Positions 18,337-26,421 of a stretch of DNA of 64,000 nucleotides are shown here, one piece after another. Position numbers and translations under genes: made by a program. This stretch comes from Candidatus Avigastranaerophilus sp. Lineage in GTDB: Bacteria; Muiribacteriota; Ozemobacteria; Ozemobacterales; Ozemobacteraceae. The notes below the pieces were generated by a model. That model saw only the letters and a list, made by a program, of their open reading frames with translations, made no database searches and was not told the DNA's origin. Numbering within the stretch: position 1 is the first letter of the stretch; every line of letters begins with the position of its first letter. Location: assembly GCA_045599645.1 (NCBI GenBank), contig JAZRWI010000080.1:15735-79734 (forward strand), read 5' to 3'.

Positions 18337-19334
18337 TTCTTATCACCTCCATTAGCAGCGCTGAACGCATTCAATGGCAGAAGGCTGGTTACGCCGTTAG
18401 CTTCATCAACTACAGTAACTTCCTTGATATATGGGAATACCTTTTCGATGGTTTCCAGATACAATCTGGTTCTGGTTACATTCTGATACTTTTTGTATTC
18501 TTCGTAGACAGAAAGGAATCTCTTTGCTTCGCCTTCTGCTTTATTAACACGTTCCAAAGCATAACCTTCAGCCTCCTGAATAGTCTTTTTGGCTTCACCC
18601 TTTGCCTTTGGTACCTGATTATTATATTGTTCTCTGGCTTTCTGAATAAGACTTTCCTTTTGCTGTTCTGCTTCATTTACTGCATTAAAAGCAGTCTTTA
18701 CACTTGCAGGTGGATTAACATCCTGGAATTTTACAGTTACAATATGAACACCTATATCATAGCTATCAAGGATGCTTTGAATTTCTTTGTGGATCATATC
18801 TGCAAGAACAGCACGTTCAGTGGTAAGAACATCACTGACGTTAGCATTGCCGATTATTTTTCTTGTAGATGCTTCAGCAACGTCTCTTATAGTAGAAACC
18901 GGGTCTTTAATATTGAACAAATATTTATAAGCATCGCAAACCTGGTATTGAACAATCCATTCAAGGTCACTGACATTTAAATCACCAGTGAGAACCAGAG
19001 ATTCATCGTCGAACTTTTGACTCGAATATGTTGTTCTACCACTTGAATTGGCAGTTCTGAAACCGAATTCTTCCTTTAAAATACGTTCAGTTTTTACAAG
19101 AAAAACTTCATCTATACCAAAAGGCAACTTCATATGAAGACCTGAGGTTTCCAGAGAATTGAATTTCCCAAGGCGCAGAACTACTGCGCTTTCTTCTGTA
19201 TCAACAGTATAAAAACATGCTGAAATTGTGATTAATACAAATACTACAACCACAAGCCAAGCATATTTAGCCCATAAGGACATGACGCCAACGATTTTTG
19301 CGTCTTCTGGCTTTTTGTTATTTTTCATAACCAA
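18333..19334 (-). CDS. hflK: SPFH/band-7 protein HflK
   Basis: N-terminal TM helix, SPFH domain and a C-terminal coiled coil. First gene of the minus-strand operon. Confidence 0.8.
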   Translation of the reverse strand: MVMKNNKKPEDAKIVGVMSLWAKYAWLVVVVFVLITISACFYTVDTEESAVVLRLGKFNSLETSGLHMKLPFGIDEVFLVKTERILKEEFGFRTANSSGRTTYSSQKFDDESLVLTGDLNVSDLEWIVQYQVCDAYKYLFNIKDPVSTIRDVAEASTRKIIGNANVSDVLTTERAVLADMIHKEIQSILDSYDIGVHIVTVKFQDVNPPASVKTAFNAVNEAEQQKESLIQKAREQYNNQVPKAKGEAKKTIQEAEGYALERVNKAEGEAKRFLSVYEEYKKYQNVTRTRLYLETIEKVFPYIKEVTVVDEANGVTSLLPLNAFSAANGGDKK

Positions 19335-19380
19335 CTCCGCTTTCAGATATAATTACAACATTTTAACAAAACCCTACTCT

Positions 19381-19407
19381 TTTGTCACATTATTTTAAGG
19401 TGACAAA
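19381..19407. promoter_or_regulatory. Perfect 8-bp inverted repeat TTTGTCAC-N11-GTGACAAA in the hflK / xerC divergent intergenic region
   Basis: Read directly from the sequence. Candidate operator for a dimeric regulator. Confidence 0.35.
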
Positions 19408-19505
19408 ATCCATAAAAACTATTTTTTTGGGGGGCTTGTACGGGGTCGGACATTGTGGTATTTTTATAAGAACGTACACCATTATTTGAAAAGAGGGAAT
19501 CAATT

Positions 19506-20411
19506 TTGTTTATAAAAGAGCTTATAGAGCAGTATTTAAGTTCTTTAGGGAAAGAACGGAACCTGTCACCTCAAACTATCAGAGGCTATCAGAATGACCT
19601 CAATTTTTTCGAACAGTGGTTGACCGCCAACAATATTAACGAAATAAGCAAAGCGGAAGCTCTCACACCAACCCAAATACGTGGTTTCTGGGCTGGTCGC
19701 AGAAAAGGCGGCTTATGTGCTGCCAGCATGCGAAGAGGACAATCTGCTTTACGCGGCCTATTCAAGTATGCCATGCGTCACGGTCTGGCAAATAAGAATC
19801 CAGTCGACATGATGGATTCTCCGAAGGTACAGCGTCCATTACCCAAAGCTCTCAGTCAGGAAGACGTGAATATGCTTCTAAATTCACCAGACTCCACTAC
19901 CCTTTTGGGAATGCGAGACAAAGCCATCTTAGAATTGCTTTACGGAAGCGGACTCCGTGTTTCAGAAGTTTCCAATTTAACCTCTGAAAACATCAACCTT
20001 GAAGCTCAGACTGTAATAGTAAGAGAAGGCAAAGGCGGCAAAGACAGAGTCGTTCCACTGACTCCTCTTTCCTGCCAGGCTATTTCTCTTTATATAAACA
20101 ATAGATTTTCCACAAAGCCGGAATGGCGCGAAGAAAAGCACATATTCCTGAACCACCTTGGCACACCTCTGACAACCAGAAGCATCGCCAGATTAATAGA
20201 TAAGTATGCGAGACAGCTGGCAATGATGATGAATATAACACCTCATCAGTTCAGACACAGCTTCGCCACTCACCTATTAAACAATGGCGCCGATATCAGA
20301 GCAGTCCAGGAAATGCTTGGACACGCAAGTCTCTCAACCACACAGATTTATACCCGTATAAGCAAGGAAAAGCTTCTACAGACCTATAGATCCTGTCACC
20401 CGAGAGCTTAA
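19506..20411 (+). CDS. Tyrosine site-specific recombinase XerC/XerD family
   Basis: C-terminal catalytic region RHSFATHLLNNGADIRAVQEMLGHASLSTTQIYTRI with R..H..R..Y residues. Located immediately upstream of flgB as in Firmicute codV-...-flgB synteny. Confidence 0.85.
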   Translation: MFIKELIEQYLSSLGKERNLSPQTIRGYQNDLNFFEQWLTANNINEISKAEALTPTQIRGFWAGRRKGGLCAASMRRGQSALRGLFKYAMRHGLANKNPVDMMDSPKVQRPLPKALSQEDVNMLLNSPDSTTLLGMRDKAILELLYGSGLRVSEVSNLTSENINLEAQTVIVREGKGGKDRVVPLTPLSCQAISLYINNRFSTKPEWREEKHIFLNHLGTPLTTRSIARLIDKYARQLAMMMNITPHQFRHSFATHLLNNGADIRAVQEMLGHASLSTTQIYTRISKEKLLQTYRSCHPRA

Positions 20412-20465
20412 GAAGACCTTTTTGAGATTATTTTCCAGAGATAACTACAAAAACAAAATATTTAC

Positions 20466-20493
20466 TAAATGTTTGTTAGATAGTTGTCGATAT
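20466..20493 (+). promoter_or_regulatory. Candidate sigma-28 (FliA/SigD)-type promoter for the flgB operon: TAAA-N16-GTCGATAT
   Basis: Compared by eye with the TAAA-N15-GCCGATAT consensus. It lies ~35 nt upstream of the flgB RBS (GGGAG). Confidence 0.35.
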
Positions 20494-20526
20494 TTATAGA
20501 AGAATAGAAAACAGGGAGTAAAGATT

Positions 20527-20949
20527 ATGTTTGAAAGACTGACTGGGACTGCGACTTTTAACCTTCTCGGCAAGGGTCTTGATGTTGCTGCAAAACGCAA
20601 CGCCGTTATATCCAACAATATCGCTAACGTAAACACTCCCTTATTCAAGCGACAGATTGTTACATTTGAAGATGAAATGGCAAAGGTTTTCGATGGCCAC
20701 GTAGACATTACCGGCCGCAGAGAAGACGACCGCCATATTCCCATAGGCGAAATCGATTACATGAACATTGGTCCTACAACAATCAAAGATCGTATCCATA
20801 TTATGAGAAACGACAAGAACAATGTAGATATCGATGTAGAAATGTCAGATTTGGCCAAGAACACAATGACCTATCAGATTCACGCTAATAGATTGGCTCA
20901 GATGTTTTCACAGCTAAACGATGTTATAAGTAGAGGTGCTAAGTCCTGA
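20527..20949 (+). CDS. flgB: Flagellar basal-body rod protein FlgB
   Basis: N-terminal SNNIANVNTPLFKRQ rod-protein motif, in flagellar operon context. Confidence 0.85.
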   Translation: MFERLTGTATFNLLGKGLDVAAKRNAVISNNIANVNTPLFKRQIVTFEDEMAKVFDGHVDITGRREDDRHIPIGEIDYMNIGPTTIKDRIHIMRNDKNNVDIDVEMSDLAKNTMTYQIHANRLAQMFSQLNDVISRGAKS

Positions 20950-21389
20950 TGAGTATGTTCAGAAGTATTGATATTTCAGCTAGTGGTCTTACAGCAGAAC
21001 GTCTACGCATGGATGTTATTTCAAACAACATCGCTAACGTAAACACTACCAGAACAGCAGACGGTGGTCCTTTCAGAAGAAAGATGGCCATTTTTGAAGC
21101 CCGTCATCATTACGGCCAGCGCGCATACCAGGATAGAATCAATCCTCAGGAACCAGGCCGCGGCGTTAGAGTTAATGCCATTATGGATGATATGACTCCA
21201 TTCAAGCTCGAATACGATCCAAGTCATCCAGATGCTGACCCAGATGGCTATGTAAGAAGACCAAACATTGATATCGTTCACGAAATGGTTGATATGATTA
21301 CAGCCACTCGTGCATACGAAGCCAATGTTACCTGCATCAGTTCTTCTAAGGACATAACCAATGCAGCTCTCAACATCAGTTCCAAGTAA
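20949..21389 (+). CDS. flgC: Flagellar basal-body rod protein FlgC
   Basis: SNNIANVNTTRT motif and C-terminal rod domain TATRAYEAN. Confidence 0.85.
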   Translation: MSMFRSIDISASGLTAERLRMDVISNNIANVNTTRTADGGPFRRKMAIFEARHHYGQRAYQDRINPQEPGRGVRVNAIMDDMTPFKLEYDPSHPDADPDGYVRRPNIDIVHEMVDMITATRAYEANVTCISSSKDITNAALNISSK

Positions 21390-21436
21390 TTAGCAGATAT
21401 TATAGATTATAGATAAAATAAGTTAGGGTAAACAAA

Positions 21437-21739
21437 ATGAGAATTAACGAAAACCATCCGTTGCATGGCGTTTTGAGTGATAAGCCCAGACGACCTTCCA
21501 CCAACGCAAAAGAGCAATGGGGCTCTTTTCTTGATACTTTACAAACCGCTATTGGTGAAGTAGACACTTTGGGCAAAGAATCAGAAAAACTCACACAAGA
21601 CGCAGTATTGGGCAGAGTTGAAAACTTGCATGACGTTATGATTGCTGCCGAAAAGGCTAAGACCGCCATGAACCTCACTATTGAAGTTCGCGGAAAGGTT
21701 TTGGAAGCCTATAAGGAAGTAATGCGCATGAATTTTTAA
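21437..21739 (+). CDS. fliE: Flagellar hook-basal body protein FliE
   Basis: 100 aa with a C-terminal ...VRGKVLEAYKEVMRMNF FliE signature. Confidence 0.8.
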   Translation: MRINENHPLHGVLSDKPRRPSTNAKEQWGSFLDTLQTAIGEVDTLGKESEKLTQDAVLGRVENLHDVMIAAEKAKTAMNLTIEVRGKVLEAYKEVMRMNF

Positions 21740-21861
21740 TTAGGCTCTTTACATATTTAGCTAGGTGTACTATAAATAAATAGATAATATAACAAACAGC
21801 TCCTGTAAAAAAATTATACATAGAACAAATCCACAGGAGTAAATTAGGGAGTGCAAGCAAA

Positions 21862-23760
21862 ATGAACGATTACCTCAGGCAACTGTGGGAACCGATTTCA
21901 AAGCTGACCAAAAAACAGCTCATTATTTTAGGGAGCGTTGTTGGTCTCGTTGTCATCGGCATTATCACAGCCACGATGTGGGGCACAGAAAAAGAGTATG
22001 TTCCTCTTTTCAAGGAACAATTGAAACTGGAAGACGCCAGTAAAATAGACGCTAAGCTTACCGAATTAGGCTTAGACCACAAAATTGGTTCAACCGCCAA
22101 TGAAATACTTGTTCCACTTACAGATAAAAGTAATGTATTGCTCAAGCTTGCCGAAGAAAAACTACTTCCTGAAGCCGATGCCGGTTGGAAGGAACTTGTT
22201 GATAACCGCTCCCTATTTCAAGGCACTACCCAGCAGGAATTCGACCTCAATTTTGTAAGAGGTCTCCAGGTTGAATTAGAAAAAACCTTAAAGAGAATGG
22301 ACCCTATCGAAGATGCAAGGGTCACCATTGTTAAGCCTAAAAAGCAGGTATTTGCAGAAGACCAGAAGGAATCCTCTGCAAGCGTAGTTATTAAGCTTAA
22401 ACCAGGCATGGTTGTAGACCAGAACCAGATCAGAGCTATCAGAGATTTAATCTGCTCTGCAGTTGAAGGACTTGAACCAGGCAATGTTAAGATTTCAGAC
22501 ACAACAGCCAGAGACTTAACCAGAATCATCGAAGATGAAGAATTAATGAGCCTGGATAAAGCCAAAACCATCCAGATGAGACTTACCAGAGACAATGAAA
22601 AGCATCTCAAGGGCAAGCTCCAGAGCATGCTTGAACAGATTCTCGGTGATGGTAAGGCTATTGTAAGCGTAAGTCTTGAAATGGACTTTGACCAGAAGGA
22701 AGCAGTCAGTGACGTAGTAGTTCCTCCAGAAGGTCTGGACCACGGTATTACAATTTCTGAAAAAACAGAAAGCGAACAATACGAAGGCCGCGATTTGATT
22801 GAAGACGGCGAACCAGGCGTAAACTCCAACCTTCCTCCAGGATCACCGGCATACCCTGGAACAGAAAATGGTGTATTAAACAAATACAAGCGTGACGGTG
22901 TAATTAAGAACTATGAAGTCACCAAATCAAAGGAAAAATTCGTTAAAGAGCAGGGCACAATCAAGCGTATGACTGCCTCGGTCATTATTGATGGCGACCC
23001 TGCAGAATATAAATCTATTGAAGACCAGATTCTTGCTATTGCTCAGACCGCCATTGGTTATAACAAACTACGTGGCGATAAAATGACCCTCTTAGTATAT
23101 AAATTCAGAAATGAAGATCTTGAACGCGCAAGACTTGAAATGGAAAATGAGAAGGAGCGGGAAAAACAAATGTTTATGATTATTATGGGACTGCTTTGTG
23201 GCTTCCCAATACTTCTCGGTATCATCTTTATGGTAGCCAGAATATCCAGAATGCGAGCTATGGTTCAAGAACAGAAGCGTCTTGAAGCCGCTGCAGCTGA
23301 AGCTGAAAGAATCCGTAAAGAAAGAGAAAAAGCTCTCCTTGAACAGAATGAACGCCAGTGGAAGGAATATGAACGTCGTTTCAGCGATACTAGAAACTGG
23401 TTCCCGGAAATCAAGGACGAAATGGAAAAGAAACGCAAGGTTCAGGACCTCAAGTTGGAAGCATGCAAATATGCTGCTGAACATGATGGTCTTCCAGCCG
23501 ATTTCGAAGAAATGTGCCCGGAAGAAAAATATGCTTATCGTGAAGCATTCCAGAAGAAGGCAGATGGTAAACTCGAAGACGAAATCAAGAGACTTGAAGA
23601 CATTATTGCTAAGCGCAATGCTGACAGACAGGATGAACTCAATAGTCTTGAAGCAGCTGCTAATGCTCGTGATGCTCTTGAAAAGCGTATCAGAGACCTT
23701 ATTACCGAACAGCCTGAAAATGCAATTCAGGTTATCAAGACCATGATTAACAGCAAATAA
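21862..23760 (+). CDS. fliF: Flagellar M-ring protein FliF (with extended K/E-rich coiled-coil C-terminus)
   Basis: N-terminal TM helix, periplasmic ring domains, a second TM at ~res 440-460, then ~170 aa of charged coiled coil. Confidence 0.85.
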   Translation: MNDYLRQLWEPISKLTKKQLIILGSVVGLVVIGIITATMWGTEKEYVPLFKEQLKLEDASKIDAKLTELGLDHKIGSTANEILVPLTDKSNVLLKLAEEKLLPEADAGWKELVDNRSLFQGTTQQEFDLNFVRGLQVELEKTLKRMDPIEDARVTIVKPKKQVFAEDQKESSASVVIKLKPGMVVDQNQIRAIRDLICSAVEGLEPGNVKISDTTARDLTRIIEDEELMSLDKAKTIQMRLTRDNEKHLKGKLQSMLEQILGDGKAIVSVSLEMDFDQKEAVSDVVVPPEGLDHGITISEKTESEQYEGRDLIEDGEPGVNSNLPPGSPAYPGTENGVLNKYKRDGVIKNYEVTKSKEKFVKEQGTIKRMTASVIIDGDPAEYKSIEDQILAIAQTAIGYNKLRGDKMTLLVYKFRNEDLERARLEMENEKEREKQMFMIIMGLLCGFPILLGIIFMVARISRMRAMVQEQKRLEAAAAEAERIRKEREKALLEQNERQWKEYERRFSDTRNWFPEIKDEMEKKRKVQDLKLEACKYAAEHDGLPADFEEMCPEEKYAYREAFQKKADGKLEDEIKRLEDIIAKRNADRQDELNSLEAAANARDALEKRIRDLITEQPENAIQVIKTMINSK

Positions 23761-23775
23761 TTGGAGCGCATATAA

Positions 23776-24831
23776 ATGAACGAAACTCAGTTGGCAGAAC
23801 AAGCGATAATCAAGCCGGAAGATTATCCACCACTAACTATTCCTGGCAAAGCCAAGGCGGCTATCTTACTTGTTTTCTTAGGTCCTGAAACAAGTGGTCC
23901 TATCATGCAGGCCCTTACAGATCAGGAAATAGAAACAATTACTATTGAAATTGCAAAACAAAGAAAGGTTTCTACAGAAGAAAAGCTTTCTGTTCTGCTT
24001 GAGTTTGAATCATTGTTCATGGCCAGGAAGTTTTATGCTGAAGGTGGTCTCGAAACCGCTAAGCGCTTGCTTGAAAAAACCGTTGGTCCCGGTAAAGCTT
24101 TGGAAATTCTTGCTAAAATGGGTACTTCATTACAGCTCCAACCATTTGAAGCAGCAAGAACTGCCGACCCAAGCCAATTGGCAACCCTTATTCAGAATGA
24201 ACAACCACAGCTTATTGCTATGATTATGGCTTATTTGCAGCCAGAAAAAGCAGCTGTTGTATTGCAGTCCATGGACCACGATACTCAGTTGGAAATAGCT
24301 AAGCGTCTAGCTCTTATGGATAAAACAAGTCCTGAAATCACACGTGAAGTCGAAAACTTCCTGGAAGAAAAGCTTTCTTCTATCGTTGGTCAGGACCTCA
24401 CATCTGTTGGTGGTATCGATACTGTCATCAGAGTATTGAATGCAGTAGACCGTTCTACCGAAAAGAACATCATCGAAACAATGGAAGTTCAGGAACCTGT
24501 TCTTGCCGAAGAAATCAAGAAGAAGATGTTCGTATTCGAAGACGTTGTTCTCATCGACGACCGCGGTTTGCAGCGCCTCTTCAAGGAAATCGACCAGAAA
24601 GACCTTTCTATCGCACTCAAGGGCGTTACAGACGAAGTCAAGGAAAAATTCTACAAGAATATGTCCAAGCGTGCAGCAGAAATGCTCAAGGAAGATATGG
24701 CCTACATGGGCGCAGTTCGTATGCGCGACGTAGACCAGGCTCAGCAGCGTATCGTCCAGTTGGTCAAGAAGCTGGAAGCCAAGGGCGAAATTATTGTAGC
24801 AAGACCAGGCGAGGAGGAAATGATTGGTTAA
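23776..24831 (+). CDS. fliG: Flagellar motor switch protein FliG
   Basis: 351 aa with FliG N/M/C domains and a C-terminal torque helix region (...MRDVDQAQQRIVQLVKKLE...). Confidence 0.85.
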   Translation: MNETQLAEQAIIKPEDYPPLTIPGKAKAAILLVFLGPETSGPIMQALTDQEIETITIEIAKQRKVSTEEKLSVLLEFESLFMARKFYAEGGLETAKRLLEKTVGPGKALEILAKMGTSLQLQPFEAARTADPSQLATLIQNEQPQLIAMIMAYLQPEKAAVVLQSMDHDTQLEIAKRLALMDKTSPEITREVENFLEEKLSSIVGQDLTSVGGIDTVIRVLNAVDRSTEKNIIETMEVQEPVLAEEIKKKMFVFEDVVLIDDRGLQRLFKEIDQKDLSIALKGVTDEVKEKFYKNMSKRAAEMLKEDMAYMGAVRMRDVDQAQQRIVQLVKKLEAKGEIIVARPGEEEMIG

Positions 24832-25273
24832 CCGAACTAGAAAAACGAATATCCTTGCAGATATTCTACAATTTTGTGATACAGAAACTCAGACCCGTCT
24901 GGTTACAGGCCTTACCCCAATTCTGAAAAAAGAAAACCGCTTAGATATTCTTCAGGAATTGAAAAACAAGATAGTTCTTTTTGAAGATTTGGCTTATGCC
25001 AATAGCTCAGGCGTAGCCATGCTTCTTAAGTATGTTACAATCCAGGACCTTGCCATGGCTTTTCATGGTGCCCCAGATGCTGTTGTAACCAATATAGCCC
25101 AGTCAATGTCCAAAAATATGTTCAGTGACCTCAAGGAAGAAATTGCTCTTCGCAAAAAAGCCACTAAGACAGACATTAACAATGCAAGAGAAAGAATACT
25201 TAAAGAAGTAAGACAGCTTATCAGTGAAAATCGTCTCTATATTGAAAAACCTGACGAAACCATGATTTATTAA
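24824..25273 (+). CDS. Stand-alone FliG C-terminal-domain-like protein (FliG_C paralog), apparent TTG start overlapping fliG stop
   Basis: IVLFEDLAYANSSGVAMLLKYVTIQDLAMAFHGAPDAVVTNIAQSMSKNMFSDLKEEIALRKKATKTDINNARERILKEVRQL aligns by eye with FliG MFVFEDVVLIDDRGLQRLFKEIDQKDLSIALKGVTDEVKEKFYKNMSKRAAEMLKEDMAYMGAVRMRDVDQAQQRIVQLVKKL. Confidence 0.5.
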   Translation: MVNRTRKTNILADILQFCDTETQTRLVTGLTPILKKENRLDILQELKNKIVLFEDLAYANSSGVAMLLKYVTIQDLAMAFHGAPDAVVTNIAQSMSKNMFSDLKEEIALRKKATKTDINNARERILKEVRQLISENRLYIEKPDETMIY

Positions 25274-25288
25274 AGGTAAAGCCAAGAC

Positions 25289-26419
25289 ATGTTTAGAATA
25301 TTAAAAGCCAGCCAAGTAAAAGCAGTCGAAAATCCATTTTCCGTTGACAATGGTCAAAAGGTTGAAAAACCTAAGGAACCGGATATCGACCCAAATGAAG
25401 ATGCTTTTGCTTCAGAAGCTTTTCAATTACTTTCTGGCGAAGAATTAGCCGGTGGACAAAAGATTTCAACAAAGAAACCCGCTAATCAGGCTCCAGATTC
25501 AAATCAAGCAGAATCAGACGCTTCAGCTGCACCTGAAGAAAAAACACCACCCAGGAAAGATGATGATTCTTTTCTTTCCCAGGCTGCAAGAAAATCAAGA
25601 CATGCCGCAGTTCTTGAAAAGCTTAAAATCAAAGAGCTTGAATTAGAAGCCCTTGAAGAAGAGCTTAGAGAATGGGAAGCACGTCTACAGCAGCAGGAAA
25701 GTGAATTATTACAGAAAGAACAGGAACTTTCCAAAGCTAATATTGAAAAGCGCCAGCAGATTGAAGCCGAATGTCAGCAAACCTTGAAAATGGCTAAGGA
25801 AGCAGCTGAATCAGTAAAAGCCGCTGCCAGGAATGAAGCTGAAACAATCAAAAAACAAGCTAAGATTGAAGTTGATTCAGTTAGAGAAAGCGCTTATAAA
25901 GAAGGCTTCGATTCAGGCGAAGAAAAAGGTCTTGCCCAAGGCGAAGCTGAAGGCCTGAAGGAAATAGAAATCGACTGGAAGAATATGATGAACGAATCAG
26001 AAATGATAGTCAATGAGCTTCAATCCAGCCGTATGGGTCTATTAAAAGCCTCAGAAGAAGAAATGCTCAGACTTGTAATAAGCTTTGCCAAGACTGTTCT
26101 TAAGGTTGAACCAACAGTTAACCAGGAAATCATCCTGAAAAACATTGATGAAGCCCTTAACAATATTATTGACGTTGATAAGGTTGTCATGCGCATAAAC
26201 CTTCGCGATAAAGCAATGTGCGAAGCTCACAAGGAAAGACTTCTTTCAAGACTTGGTAATATTTCAGAACTTCGCATAGTAGAAGACCCAAGCCTTAGCG
26301 CAGGTGGTGTAAAAATTGAAACTGGTGTAGGCACTATTGACGCAACTCTTGAAACTCAGGCAAGAGCCTTAGAAAGAGCTCTTTTAAACAAATTTGAAAG
26401 TTCAATGACTGGTTCATAA
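25289..26419 (+). CDS. fliH: Flagellar export apparatus protein FliH (long Pro/Ala/Glu-rich N-terminal extension)
   Basis: C-terminal FliH domain ending ...GGVKIETGVGTIDATLETQARALERAL, with coiled-coil middle. Positioned between fliG and fliI. Confidence 0.7.
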   Translation: MFRILKASQVKAVENPFSVDNGQKVEKPKEPDIDPNEDAFASEAFQLLSGEELAGGQKISTKKPANQAPDSNQAESDASAAPEEKTPPRKDDDSFLSQAARKSRHAAVLEKLKIKELELEALEEELREWEARLQQQESELLQKEQELSKANIEKRQQIEAECQQTLKMAKEAAESVKAAARNEAETIKKQAKIEVDSVRESAYKEGFDSGEEKGLAQGEAEGLKEIEIDWKNMMNESEMIVNELQSSRMGLLKASEEEMLRLVISFAKTVLKVEPTVNQEIILKNIDEALNNIIDVDKVVMRINLRDKAMCEAHKERLLSRLGNISELRIVEDPSLSAGGVKIETGVGTIDATLETQARALERALLNKFESSMTGS

Positions 26420-26421
26420 TC

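Noticed and set aside
12786-19334. Mobile element or genomic island signals around the MATE/DUF1538 region
   Set aside because: No integrase or transposase ORF (no DDE or HTH-transposase motif), no flanking direct repeats, and no tRNA target. xerC/D at 19506 is the chromosomal dimer-resolution type and sits in conserved synteny with flgB.
22218-23802. Long antisense ORFs (223 aa at 22218-22889 and 236 aa at 23092-23802, minus strand) inside fliF, plus + strand 23282-23746
   Set aside because: They are embedded entirely within the well-supported fliF reading frame and have low-complexity Ser/Leu/Phe-rich translations typical of antisense frames of K/E-rich coding sequence. No independent support.
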